Assembly: GCA_051294375.1 (NCBI GenBank)
Contig: CM119266.1
Coordinates: 21,643,875 to 21,707,874, forward strand
Source: Paraspadella gotoi
Lineage: Eukaryota; Animalia; Chaetognatha
Length of the DNA: 64,000 bases
Reading direction: 5' to 3'
The translations under genes and the position numbers were made by a program. Of the stretch, positions 1 to 13,549 are shown in pieces (position 1 is the first letter of the stretch; each line of letters opens with the position of its first letter). The notes under the pieces were generated by a model. The model saw only the letters and a program-made list of their open reading frames with translations, was not told where the DNA came from and searched no databases.

Positions 1-388
1 TTCTTTTTTTCTTTCACTCTTTCTCTCTTTCTTTCATTATTTCTCTTTCTTTCTCTCTTTTTTTTCTTTTTTTATTTTCGAAAATGTCTTCTTTATGTAT
101 ACATATATTCTCAATACAGTTATGTTTACTTACAATTTTTAGTTCTTTAATCCTCAACTAGGAACCCGACGCGCTTTCAAAGACAACTTTTTCAATGATA
201 TTTTCAGTTTATCTTACATAATTCATTATACCATTTACACTTATAGTTAAAACCTTTCCTGAAAACAAGAGATTTTCTCTAAATCCATCGATTCATACTC
301 CTCGACTATCCTTTATCAAATTTTTGCAACTAAATTCCAAAACGAGGCTTTTTTTATCGATTCAAAAGAGTCGCGCCCTCTATCGACG

Positions 389-2984
389 ATGGATCCATAC
401 CCGTCAACGTCAGAATATTTAATACCAAAGGAAAAGACGAGAAGATCAGAGGGACGTCCATCGGGAATTTGGAGACTTTCGATCGGACGTCACGTGACTG
501 CCAAAACCAAACGACGCCTTCTTTACGTCAACATCAGCGTCTTGATATTTTTGAGCAGCGTCGAGTAAGATTTTAAATATGACTTTGATTTTTTTTATCC
601 GTCAAATACTAATTTTGATGCCACTTTTTCCTGAACCTTCTTTCGCTACTATTCGTTGAGCGACTTTGGTCTATTTTTCTAATTAAAGGCTTTTCTTTAG
701 ATATGCCGTGATTCTTCCATCTCTCTGGCTTTATTTGCACAATGATTTTAATGCCAGTACTTCATTTCTAGGACTCTGTCTCGCAGCATATTCTATCAGG
801 TGAGCAATGGCGAGCTATGGTGAGCTATTGCCGATGCTCTAGTTGATGACCTTTATTCACAATCTCGTCTTAAAAACTGAACATTCACAATTTTAAGCTC
901 GCTCCTATTTTGCCCCATTTTTGGGATCTTAAACGACAAAATCGGCCACACAAAGACATTGGTTGTTGTCTGCAATTCGTTCGAAATCTTAGGCAACGTC
1001 CTTTACCTAGTTCGCTCTCAGTGGATCGTCTTTTTTGCAAGATTCGTCGCAGGAATCGGCACAGGTTATTAACTCACTCAATTCTACGCTTCGTCGATAA
1101 TGCACGAACGACAGTAACCTTAAAGTTTTACACGAGTTTAAACATTTCAGTTTTTACTCGCGGAGCAACTCTATAAGTCACTTGTCGGTCGGTCTGTCGG
1201 TCGGTCTGTCTGTCCGCCGGTCTGTCCTACTTCCGTTAAAAATGCTCATAACTTGCATATATTTGGTTGCTCATAGGTTAAGACAGGAAAAAACTTCAAA
1301 TATAAGGGACTGCTCGCGCCGTCATATCGTCATGTCATACCATATCATGTCTTGTCATGTCACGAGAAATACACGTAATAAGGCAGTCATTTCGGAGCAA
1401 CACCTTTGAATTACCGTTCTTGTTAGTCTAATTTCAAACTTGATCAGAATTTCATTTAACCTCATTTCACTCCAGCCACTCTTTTCTCACTTCAGCCGTT
1501 ACTCCACTTCTCACTCTTAACATTTCCCATTTCTCGCTCTCTCTTCTCTCTTCAGCCGCTGCTCCACTGATGTTCGCGGATGTGAGTCGAGTCACACCAA
1601 AGACGAATCGAACGGCCGTTCTCTCCGTCATTCTCATGTTTCGCCAAATCGGTCTCTTAGTCGGACCCGCGCTCAATCTCTTTCTCAGGTTAATGTGTGA
1701 AAAAAGTAAATAAAAGAGATGTCCGCATTGCTTCTAAGCAGTTCCCCGCCTTAATCCCCCATATTTTACAATTTTTGTTTCCTTTTTTTTTGGTAATTTC
1801 TTTACTATAGATTTTGTTAAGTAAAGAACTTAAGATTTAACAACAGCCAAATGGATTTTGTTGTCTTCTCTATTCGCATCGACCAGTACACCTCCCCGGG
1901 ATTCTTCATGACGATTCTTTGGATTTTGCACCAGATTCAAGTCTTGCTCACTTTTTTCGACGTCGACGATTATAATGAGGTTATATTTAATTAATAGTTC
2001 CATTCTCTTTAAACTCTTTAACTATATACTTCGACGTCAACCCGTCAACAGACGAGAGACCCTGACATGGGCCGAGAGATCTCCGCCAGCGCCATCTACC
2101 GCGAGAATGTCGGATCCGAGGCGTCCCCGCATGACTTTTCCCTCAACGTCGCTGCCGACGAAGTGTCGCCGAGAATTAAAGCGAACGCTTATTGGCGAGA
2201 GTTTTCCCGAGAGGAAGTCATCGTGCTCATATTTCTTTCGCTACTCGTCTTTTACGCTCAGGTGACGAGACGGAATTTATGTCGAATTAATTTGTCCAAA
2301 AACATATGAGCAACGAAGCAAGAAAGGAACAAACAAGCGACTCCCTCTGCAGACTTCCGTCGAATCGATCGTTACTCCGTTCGCCGAATCAAACTTTGGG
2401 TGGGGGGAGATCGAAACAAGCTCGATCTTCGCTGGCGCAGCCGTTGGCGTCCTCGTCGTCAGCGTCGGCGTCGCCGTCGTGAGTCGACGCGTCGCCGACC
2501 GCAGCGCCACCATCGTTGGTCTCTTCTTCGTAGCGGCGTCGATTACATGGTCTCTGTTGACGTTGTCGGGTATTCAAAATGACGGCGTTGGAGGGACGTG
2601 GCTGAAGATTAACTTTATTGGATCGATCATTTGCCAAGTGTTGAGCTTGGCCGTGACGAGCATCACTTCCTTCAGTCTGTACACCAAATGTGTTGGCGAC
2701 GACATGCAAGGTTTACATCTTTGAATCATCATACTGGTGGTCAATATTTTTGTTCCCCAAAATCCGCAAGCTTTAATATCACAGGCTTTGGAACTGGTCT
2801 TCGACGCAGCATCAAAAACATCGGCTTGATCCTCGGCCCGCTCTGGTCAGGCGCTATGATCTATCGTCTCGCAGCGTTGCTCACCGTCAATTTGATTCTC
2901 GTCCTATTCGTCGTCGCGTTGTTTCTGTCGTCATGGCGACGAATGACGCCGAAACGGGAAATCGCCCACGCCTCTGCCGGATAG
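389..2984 (+). CDS. MFS transporter, MFSD8/CLN7-like, paralog 1 (multi-exon, most divergent copy)
   Basis: ATG at 389 (MDPYPSTSEYLI...KRRLLYVNISVLIFLSSVE). GT-AG exons give YAVILPSLWLYL, FCKIRRR/ARFVAGIG region, FRQIGLLVGPALN, FGWGEIETSSIF and GLILGPLWSG. Stop at 2982-2984. Exon structure is shared with paralogs 2-4. Confidence 0.85.
1150..1400 (+). mobile_element. Helentron-associated non-autonomous element (HINE/DINE-1-like), partial
   Basis: TTTTTACTCGCGGAGCAACTCTATAAG is followed by a (GTCG/GTCT)n microsatellite at 1184-1227 and then (CATAT/CATGT)n repeats. It enlarges this intron relative to the paralogs. The right boundary is approximate. Confidence 0.55.
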
Positions 2985-3323
2985 ATTCTTTACGTTTTTA
3001 TATTTAAAAAAACTGATGACTTTATTTATAACTTTCTTTCGGACTTTAACTTTCTTTCTTTCTGACTCTATTTAAAACTTTCTATCTCACATTATTCGTT
3101 ATTAATCTTATTTGTTTTTTAAATTAATACAGGCTTTAAAAACCTAATTTCGGCATTGCTCGGCGATTTAGCAGTTAATTATCTTCCCGTCAAAACGCAA
3201 CCAAAAAAACTCAATTGTTTAGTTTCCGCTGCATCAAACCAAATTACACAATTTCTTTTTTAAATCCAAAATCAAATAATAAATTTTTATAAATATCTCA
3301 AATTAAAAATAGCGAAAAAAAGC

Positions 3324-6049
3324 ATGAGTTCGTCTCGAAGCTTTTCGTCGACGGCGACTGAGAGGACGCCTCTCTTCAAGTCCTCGTCGATTCCATCTTG
3401 CGACGTCGAGGACTCCACCTCACCCTTCAACGCTCCGCCGGACCGAACATCCCCACCGTCTCGATCGATCCTCTCGCGGTTCCGGTGCTGCCGCCACTCG
3501 CCTCAAACGCGCCGTCGATTCCTCTACGCGAGCATCAGCGTCTTTGTCTTTCTCAACGGCGTCGAGTTAGTAAAGCTTTTTTTAGCAGCTTAATCATTTA
3601 ACCAGTTAATAAAATAATAAATTTATTGATAGGTAAATAACTATTAACTAAACAATAATTTCCTAAAAGTATGACCCGGTGAATATTGTTTCCAGTTATC
3701 TTTTCTCTACTAAAATGCTAGTACTATCGAATTTTTTACCCCAAAACTCAATAAATAAACAATTTAAAAATCTGTACTCAAATTTAATCGACCTGACCTC
3801 ATTGTTTTTTTGTTTTTTTCTGCAATTTTCTCTCTCAAAAGATACTCAGTTATTCTTCCGACTCTCTGGCTTTACCTCGATGATTCCTTCGGTGCCAGCT
3901 CTTCTTTCTTGGGCCTTTGCATCGCCGCTTTTTCCATCAGGTTCTACAAATATATGTACATGAACTAAAATAATTTAACTTTTTTATACTTTTTTTAACA
4001 ATTTACTTACAAAAAAAAAACAATAGTTCACTCATTGCCTGCCCACTCTTCGGTTACCTCAACGACTGGACCCGAGACACAAAGACAATGATAATTATCC
4101 TCAACACTTTTGAGATAATTGGAAATCTGGTCTATCTTTTCCCGCAACAGTGGCTGGTGTTCATTGCCCGGTTGACTTCGGGAATTGGATCAGGTTTATT
4201 TTTTAAATGACTTAACTAAACTAAACTAAACAAGCAAATAGTAAATTAATTCTTGACTAATGTCTAAATACAGCGGCGGGACCGATATTGTTCGCGGATT
4301 TGAATCGAGCGACGAAGCCCGACGAGCGAACATTGGTCTTGTCTTTCGTCATCCTTTTCCGGCAAATCGGCCTTTTCATTGGCCCTGCTTTTAATCTCTT
4401 TCTCAGGTGTTGTATGGCGAATAAATCTAAAAATACTCTCAAAGATTAAAAATAACAACATTAATATTTGTAAAATTAGAAAATTTGTTATTTGTAAATT
4501 ACTTAATATTGTGAGACAAGTCTCTCTCCTACTTTCTTTCTCTCTTCCACTAAATCAACTAATGCCCGCAGTCAGATGGATTTTTACATCGGACCGATTC
4601 ATGTGGACGCGTACAATGCGCCTGGATTCTTGATGACCATTCTGTGGATTTTACATCAGCTTCAAGTGATCTTCACTTTTTACAACATCGAGGAATATGC
4701 TGAGGTTGTAAACAAAAGTACTATTACTTTTATCTTAAGTTAATCTTCACTAATATTGCGTGAAATTCATGAAGTTTTACTCCAAATATTATTGTTCTTG
4801 TTGTTATTATTGTTCTTGAAAAGATTCTTTTCACTCCGGATTCCTCAAACCAAGAAAGTTCGCAATCACGTCTCCGCTGGGACGCATGCAAGACGCCGAC
4901 TTCTTTTCAAGTTTCCCAAACACTCTCTCCCTGTCTCTCGCCCACCTTTCAAGATCACGAAAAACCTCCAACTAAAAAATCAGAAACCCAGCAGGTTATA
5001 CATATTCGAGACAAAACTGGTTGGACGTTAACCAAATGTTGCTGCGTATAATTTACCTCTGTATTAGTACTATTAGTAGTTCTCTACCCTTTTTCATTCT
5101 TTTTTTTACTTTGGAAAGGAAATTCCTGATGTTTGTCCGGAGAAGAAACAAGTGGTAGCAACAGCAGATGGCGAAGTGGTTAAGGAGGCCGTCCCTTGGA
5201 GGGTCTACTGGGATGAATACTCGGAAGAAAACATTATTGTCCTTCTGGGTGTATCTTTCATCATCTTTTTCGCTCAGGTGCTCTCTTTACAGTTTGAAGG
5301 AGTCGATGTTCTTTTAATTTTTCTCTTATTACATTAAAAATCATTTTTATTTTTTAGACTTCATTGGAATCAATGTGGACGCCTCTCACAGAAAAGCTTT
5401 TTCATTGGGGCGAATTAGAAAATAGTGCCATCTTTGCAGTCGCTGGATCCCTAGTGCTTTGTGTCTGCCTGTCAGTTGGCCAGGCCAGCAAACGATTCAA
5501 TGACCGGAATATAACATTTGTTGGTCTCCTCTTAATGACCATTTCCTTCATCTGGTCTGTATCTACTCTCCCCAGTGGGTTTTACGGGCAGCCTGGGCTG
5601 CTCTTTCATTTCATTGCATCAACTGCATTGAGCGTCAGTGGCCTTAACATGTCAGCTGTCACTTCTTTTAGTCTTTTCTCGAAAGCCATTGGGGAAAAAA
5701 CGCAAGGTGAGTTAGAAATGAGAAGTATTCTAATCAATTATTATAATCCATTATTATAATGTTTATAATTATTATTATAATCAATTATTAATCATTTCCT
5801 AGCTACTCCATGATACTTACATAATTCTTATTTTTAAATTTAGGCTTTGGCTCTGGACTTCGACGTAGCCTTATGAATATCGGTTTAGTAATGGGGCCTC
5901 TCTGGTCCGGAGCAATGTTTGACCGTTTAGATATCATGCTGGGAGTTAATCTTGCTCTTGTAAGTCTTGTCTTTATTCTCTACTTAATTTCATGGAAGCA
6001 AATGCTGCCGAAATATGGTTCTAAGGCAAGAGTAGCTGAAGAAATTTAA
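3324..6049 (+). CDS. MFS transporter, MFSD8/CLN7-like, paralog 2
   Basis: MSSSRSF...ERTPLF N-terminus. Exons encode YSVILPTLWLYL, GYLNDWTR, ARLTSGIG, FRQIGLFIGPAFN, FHWGELENSAIF and GPLWSG. Ends AEEI-TAA at 6049. Confidence 0.88.
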
Positions 6050-6646
6050 AATGAAACTTTTTACCACCAGATTGATCAAAAGTGTTTTTTTCATTAAGAG
6101 TTTTATTAAAATATAATTTACAATTTTGTTGGTTTTGATTATTAAATAGAGGTATCAGGCAAAGAGTTACATTCAAACAAGATACAGTAAAATATAAATT
6201 GTCAATGCTAAAAATAAATCAAACAGGACTTCCAGATATTTTTAACCCATAATAAAAACAAGATTTCCATATTTTTTAAAGGTAGAAACAAGGATAGGTC
6301 GGGTTTGATTTGTAGTCTTGATTTTTAGATTATTAGAAACTGATATTAAAGTTGGAATTACTAGAATGAACCACAAATTTCATAATTTACTTCCATTAAA
6401 AATTCTGCTAAGAAACGTTGAGGTGCAAGCGTTCTGACTATAAGAAAATTTGACGTGAACTATTTTTCATCATTTTTTTATTCTGTATTTGTGCCCGCCT
6501 CGAAGATGGACAAACATTTTTTTCATGAAATTTTACAGATTTATTTGCAATCAACATCCACCACAAAAAAAGGACAAAGCTAAGATTTGTTTTAAAAATG
6601 AATTAAAAACCTACAATAGCCAATTGAAAAATTCAATCATTACAAA

Positions 6647-9509
6647 ATGAGTGCGTCGAAATCTTTCACGTCGATGGCCACAGAGAAAACCCCACTAATC
6701 AAGTCGTCCTTGATTCCTTCCTCTGACGTTGATGAGTCGACATCACCTTTCGCTGCTTCACTGGACCAAAATGCATCTCACTCTTCCAAGTCTCTCTTCT
6801 CAAAACTTCGGTGCTGCCGCCACTCTCCCCAAATGCGTCGACGGTTCCTCTATGGAAACATCTGCGTATTCGTCTTTCTTAATGGCGTTGAGTGAGTGTC
6901 CGCTCGATTTATCATTTTGCTTGATTTGTTAGATGCGTTAGAAATAATTCCGTTAAATGTCCTTTTATTTACAATTTCCCTGACGACAAGATACTCGGTT
7001 ATTCTTCCGACTCTCTGGCTTTATATCGAAGAATCTTTTGGAGGCAGCTCTTCCTTTTTAGGCCTTTGCATCGCCGCCTTTGCTATTAGGTACTACAATG
7101 AAATCTCGTCTTTGTATCTTTGCACGTATTATAAATATCATATTAAAAAAAACCTATTTTGATTTGTCAGTTCTCTGCTAGCCTGTCCTCTGGTTGGTTA
7201 CATTAACGACTGGACACGCGACACAAAGACAATGTTAATCGTCTGCAACAGCTTTGAGATTGTTGGAAACATAATTTATCTCTTCAGAATCCAATGGCTT
7301 GTCTTTGTAGCTAGGTTGACGGCAGGAGTCGGATCAGGTTAAAAATCGTCCTCCATGTGTATATTGTTTTTCATTCACTCATTCCTATAATTAATTTAAA
7401 TGTATCATATACTATATCTCAATCAGACATTTTTTCTTCTTTGTCTTAGCGGCAGCTCCCATTTTGTTTGCGGATGTGAATAGAGCAACACCACCGGAAA
7501 AGCGAACAGTCGTCTTGTCTTTCATCGCCCTCTTCCGTCAAGTTGGCCTTTTTATTGGTCCGGCTTTTAACATTTTTCTCAGGTTTTATTTTGATCTACT
7601 TTTTAATTTTAATTTTTTTAATTATTATACAGTACATTTTTTTAGACAAATTAATTCCATTATTAAAATACATATAAATTACAATAAACTTAATTTATGA
7701 CTACAGTCAGATGGATTTCTACATTGGATCAGTTCACGTAGATGCTTTCACGTCACCTGGATTTGTCATGTCTATCCTGTGGATCTTACATCAGACGCAA
7801 GTCCTCTTTACATTTTATAACATTGAGGAATATGCTGAGGTTCTTAAATATTCTTTTTGTGTATTTTTAATACTTACTTTGATAAGTTTCTAATTCTGTC
7901 GAGATCATGAGTTTCTCAAGTGGTTTGTGTCTTGGCTGCTTCTTCCAGAGTCACTGAGACTAATATTTTCTTCTTTAAGCTACTTCAAACTCCGGATTCC
8001 TCATCAACTCAAGACGACTCACAGTCTCGCTTCCGTTGGGATGCTTGTAAGTCGCCTAACGCATTTCAAGTCTCCCAAACTCTTTCCCCGTGTTTTTCAC
8101 CGACATTCGTGGATCCGGTGACCGCCGCTTCTTCAGAAAAACCAGAAGGAAAATCTGAATTGCATCAGGTTAAAGAATTAGCGGAAGGAAAGCTGCTTGG
8201 GTGTTGGATAATAAACTTAAAAATTTATTATTTAAATGGTTTTTATACATTCTTGCGTTTTCGAAGAAAATGTCTGATTGCCCGGAAAAAGAAGCAAAAA
8301 ACAAGCTGGTGAAGAAGGCTGTCCCTTGGAGGGTTTATTGGGATGAATACACTGAGGAGAACATCATCGTCCTTCTCGGTGTTACTTTCATCATTTTTTT
8401 TGCACAGGTGCCGCTCAAATTTTGGTTGTCTTTATTTATTATTATGTGGCGGTATATTCATACCGCCTCACGTCCACCATCCATCAGCCAAAATCCATTG
8501 GCTCAGAGGGGGAACACACCATCCCAGGCGTAGTGTTCCATCCACAGTCCTAACGACTTGCCTCTGCGTTGGCAAAGCGAGACCGTCTTAGGGTAACCGC
8601 GCCAGTGACTGGAGGCGTCACTGAGGGTCGGAAGCCCCCAAAGCCAACAGTGAGATGCCCCATCCCAATGGGCATCACAGGCAACCCGGCTGTTGCCATA
8701 ATTATATATTACAAAGCTATAAAAATAGTGTATATAATTGCAGACAAACATCAATAGCATACTTCATAAAAGTTTCAAATTTTTTTCATAATTCTCATAA
8801 CATTTTCAGGAGTTATAATTATGAAATATCTTTAAAGAGGGTTCTGGTTAGTTTTCATTGTAATTCAGAATTCATTGGAAACTCTGTGGACGCCTCTGAC
8901 CGAAAAACTATTCCATTGGGGTGAGCTGGAAAACAGTGCTCTCTTTGCTGTTGCTGGAATCACTGTGCTCTGCGTCTGCCTGACAGTCGGCTGGGCAAGC
9001 AAACGAGTCAATGACCGTAACATCACTTTCGTTGGTCTATCCTTAATGACAATTTCGCTTATATGGTCGGTCTCGACTCTGCCCAGTGGGTATTATGGTC
9101 AACCTGGGCTACTTTTTCATTTCATTGCATCGACCGCGTTAAGTGTCAGTGGTCTCTCTATTTCCTCAGTCACTGCTTTCAGTCTTTTTTCAAAAGCCCT
9201 CGGAGAAAAAACTCAAGGCAAGTTACAATTCAATAACTTAAAAGTTCAGAGCCACCTTTGTCTAATGCTGGACAACTTCTGCTTTAAAATTTTATTTATG
9301 CAGGTTTTGGCTCGGGACTTCGACGTAGCCTCATGAACCTTGCATTTGTCTTGGCCCCAATCTGGTCTGGAGCATTGTTTGACCGGTTATATATCATGTT
9401 TGGAGTCAACCTTAGTCTTGTTAGTCTCTTTTTTGGTCTTTATCTACTATCATGGAAAAAGATGCTACCAAAGACGGTTCCAAAGACGGCAATGGCTGAG
9501 GAGGTATAG
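6647..9509 (+). CDS. MFS transporter, MFSD8/CLN7-like, paralog 3
   Basis: MSASKSF...EKTPLI N-terminus and the same exon series as paralog 2. The last intron needs a GC donor at 9218. Ends AEEV-TAG at 9509. Confidence 0.88.
8445..8700 (+). mobile_element. Dispersed ~256 bp element (solo-LTR-like or small TIR element) in an intron of MFS paralog 3
   Basis: Ends are TGTGGC...GCCATA, flanked by ATTA/ATTA (4-bp duplication). A homologous inverted copy lies at 48793-49007. The element is absent from the equivalent intron of the other paralogs. Confidence 0.8.
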
Positions 9510-9836
9510 GACCTTGAATCAAATTTAAATGATAAAAATTACAAAGATAAAGCTATCGACGTTTCGATACAATTACCAGTTTACAAAGTTATTTACTGTA
9601 TCATGCTTTAAGGAATTTAGTTAAGATTTTTCATAGTGTTTGTAGCTTTATGGAATACAAGGAAAACAGTGTACTGTGGCAACTACTCTTGACAATTCCC
9701 GCCGTTGACATTTTCACACAATCTTTAGACTGAAACTGATTTAACTGTTAATAATTTGTATTAATGTTTTAATCAAAGGAAAAATCATCTAAAACAATTT
9801 TGTATTTGAAAAAAACAAAATCTTAATAAAGTATTA

Positions 9837-12182
9837 ATGGCTGCCACGGAAAAGACTCATCTTCTCAAAACAACATTACCCTCAAAAAACAATGAGGAGA
9901 AAACCTCATCCTCTACACTGCCTCAGCATCTTAGCTCCAAGAGGAGTTGGTCCCGAACCAAATTACGATGCTGCAACCATTCAGCTCAAACGCGTCGTCG
10001 ATTCCTCTATGGAACCATCGGCGTATTTGTTTTCCTTACTGGAGTAGAGTAAGCATAAAAGAAAATTAACTATTATGTCAATGCCATGGTTTTTTTTATT
10101 AAAACCTTTAACCATGCGATTTTTTGGATAAGATACGCCGTTATTCTTCCAACAATGTGGCTCTACATTAGCGATGAATTCGGCGCCAGTTCATCGTTTT
10201 TGGGTCTTTGCATCTCCGCCTTTTCCATAAGGTTGGTTAATACTAAATATTTTCAAGAGAACATACAGAATAAAGAAAACGTCCAACATCAGCGCCCTAA
10301 TGTTTTGTCCGGTGTTTGGATATCTCAATGATTGGACTCGCGATACCAAGACCCTCATTATCATCTGCAACTGTTTCGAGATTGTCGGAAACATTCTTTA
10401 TCTGTTTCGCGTTGAATGGCTCGTCTTTGTTGCTCGATTTACGGCGGGCGTCGGCGCAGGTCAGGCGAAACGAAAAGTTGGATGAAAATTGAAAATGGTC
10501 AAAACCAAATCATATTCTATGACTTCAGCTGCTTCGCCGATTTTATTTGCGGATGTTGGTCGCGCAACGAGGCCCGAACACAGAACTGCCGTGTTGTCCG
10601 CCATTATTCTTTGTCGACAGATTGGTCTCTTTATTGGTCCCGCCTTTAATCTTTTTCTGAGGTGGGAAAATAAGGGTTTATATATTATATAATATATATA
10701 TGATGAGTTGGGATTAAATACAAATATTTAATCCATACCGCCTTTGAAGTTTTAGTTTCTCTTGTTGTTATTGTCGTCTTTGTTAAGGTTTTCTTTTTCT
10801 TAAAACTCAATACGTACTTTGGAATTGCAGTCAAATGGATTTTTACATTGGTCCGGTGCACGTGGATGCCTACACCGCTCCCGGGTTTGTTATGACCATT
10901 CTTTGGATCTTGCATCAAATCCAAGTCGTCTTTACTTTTTACAATATTGGGGAATACGCTGAGGTTTTTGAAAATCCGTTTTTTCACGATTTTTAAAAAA
11001 TGAACAAAGAAAATGCACAATTGGCAGGTCGTTTACTCTTTGGAGAAACCGGTAAAACTGGAGCCCTCAGGGCCACAGTCCCGCGTCCGGTGGGATGCCT
11101 GCAAATCTCCGACCTCGTTCCAAGTGACCCAAGCCCTTTCCCCTTGTCTCTCTCCAACTTTCGTTGATCCAAAGGCGGATGAACAGAAGGATGAGAACTA
11201 CTGCCTTCGCAAATCTGAATCGCAAAAGGTTTAACAGTTTAACAGTTTAATATAAACCAGCTGGTACTTGTATCCTAATTGTTACTTTATTTTATCTTCC
11301 AAATAATCAAACACGAGTGTATAATTTTTTTAGGATAAATATCCCGAGAGAGACAAACCGTCCGCAGCGATAACCAAAGAGGCCGTCCCGTGGAGCGTCT
11401 ACTGGGACGAGTATTCCCAAGAGAGCGTCATTGTCTTTTTGGGAATGTCCTTTCTAATCTTTTTCGCTCAGGTACAACGATGTCAACTATAGACGAAAGA
11501 AAGGGACCAAAGTTGGAAATTTCTTAACTTTTCGTTAGACATCGTTGGAGTCGATGCTGACCCCCTTGACCGAACGATTATTCCACTGGGGGGAGCTGGA
11601 GAACAGCGGGATTTTCGCCGTCGCTGGCGGCATCGTGCTGTGCGTCTGCTTGGCGGTGGCCGTCGCCAGCAAGCGATTCAACGATCGCAACATGACGTTG
11701 GTCGGACTGTTGATGATGTTGATCTCATTAATTTGGTCGACATCGACGCTGCCGGGCGGATATTATGGAAAGCCTTGGCTCTTGTTTCACTTTGTCGTAT
11801 CGACAGCGTTGAGCGTGGGTGGCTGCTCCGCCACCTCCGTCACCTCCTACAGTCTCTTCTCCAAATGCATCACGGATCGGACCCAAGGCGGGTTTTACAT
11901 ACTAACATACCTACATTTTACTGATAATGATCACAGCAGGAGCGATCATCCCTCGGCGTGACTATATCGATTTCAGGTTTCGGCGCTGGACTTCGTCGAG
12001 GCATCGTCAACATGGGTTTGATCCTGGGACCTCTCTGGTCGGGCGCCATGATCGATCGGCTCAACATTATGCTGGGCGTCAATCTTGGCCTTGTTTGTCT
12101 CGTCTTTGTGCTCTACCTCACCTCGTGGAAGGCGATGCTGCCCCAAGGCGGATCTCGAACGGCGGTTGCTGAAGATGTTTGA
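9837..12182 (+). CDS. MFS transporter, MFSD8/CLN7-like, paralog 4
   Basis: MAATEKTHLL N-terminus and the same exon series. The last intron needs a GC donor at 11888. Ends AEDV-TGA at 12182. Confidence 0.88.
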
Positions 12183-13287
12183 ATAATTTTAAATGTTCGT
12201 TGGACTTAAAGAAAATCTATTTTGACTTTTGGTCACGTTTCAAATATTTACGTCTTAAAATTATTTATTTCGCTGTAGTAAAAACAAGTATTTTGTGTCC
12301 CTTAGAAATTTGGGAAATAAATTTGACTCAATTCTTATCGCGAAATCGATGAAAAGAATTTCTCAATGAATTATAGTAAAAACATAAATTGGCAAAAAAG
12401 GAGACGAAATTTCGTTTACGCAATATCCCGCCCGAGGCCTCACATCCCCGGATGTAAATACGGTTTATAATTTTTAGGCTTTAATCCATCACGATTACTT
12501 GGAGCACCGACTGTAGCCTGAATTTTCGGCGTCTAAATTGACTTCGCGAAAAAAAACACGAAAAAGCGGGAAGTTGAACGGCCTTAATTCCCAAACCGAC
12601 AAAGAACTTTAATTAATTAATGAATTTATCCCCCCCTAGGACCCTTTCTTTTTCATTAAAAACAAGGTTTCTCCCTTCTTTCCGCAAATTTTCTCAATTT
12701 TCCTCTCCTTTGCTAAACTTTTGACTGAAACGACTCGGTGGCTGCCGCTGCTGGCGCCGCTCTGCCGCCGGTACCCCTACCCGTCCCCCAGCACCACCTG
12801 CAGCCCTACCGACCCGCCTCCCGTCCGCCCCGCCGCTCGACCAAGGCCGCGGACCTCGGCCCGCTGATGAGCGCGCCCGAATCGGTCGTCGCGCGGGCGG
12901 AGAGTGGGTCGGCGGCGGCGGTGGCGGCGGTGGAAGCTGCGGAGAGGAGAAAGGACGGAATTAACTTAATCATTAACTCACTCCCGGAGCCAGCGAACTA
13001 GAAATTGACTTTTGTCTATTAAGAGTATTAAGAGTGGTAGGAGTGTAAAAAGATAATCTTTCTTTGTTTTATTTGTGCCCTAGTTTAGTATTCTTTCGTT
13101 TCTTCCGGCATGCTTTTACCTCCAGAGCCAAGAATAGGAACCGACTACATTAACCGAGTCAATAACTTGACTTGGGAGCTTAATTCGGGGTCATTGGCGT
13201 CAGACAAGCGAGAAGCTTAGAATAGAGTCGCCAAATTATGCTTTTTTGCTTCACCACGCCTCTAACCTCGATCAAAAGGAGGCATTG

Positions 13288-13289
<2 letters not shown>

Positions 13290-13369
<80 letters not shown>

Positions 13370-13493
13370 CTTTCAAATATTCAGGGCACAAGGACAATTA
13401 AGACCTCCGAGGATGGAGCTTCTTAGTTGCCGATTCTCACGCGCTGCCTCACCTCAAACGACGACCTTTGTATCTCCTCTCTCTCTCTCTCTC

Positions 13494-13543
<50 letters not shown>
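13290..13543. repeat. Two (CT)n microsatellites (about 13290-13366 and 13474-13543)
   Basis: Directly visible CT dinucleotide runs. Confidence 0.95.

Positions 13544-13549
<6 letters not shown>

Noticed and set aside
9556-9585. Minus-strand GAAACGUC hammerhead half
   Set aside because: The upstream core reads CUGGUAA and there is no stem II. Similar half-motifs at 12864, 36230 and 53770 also fail.
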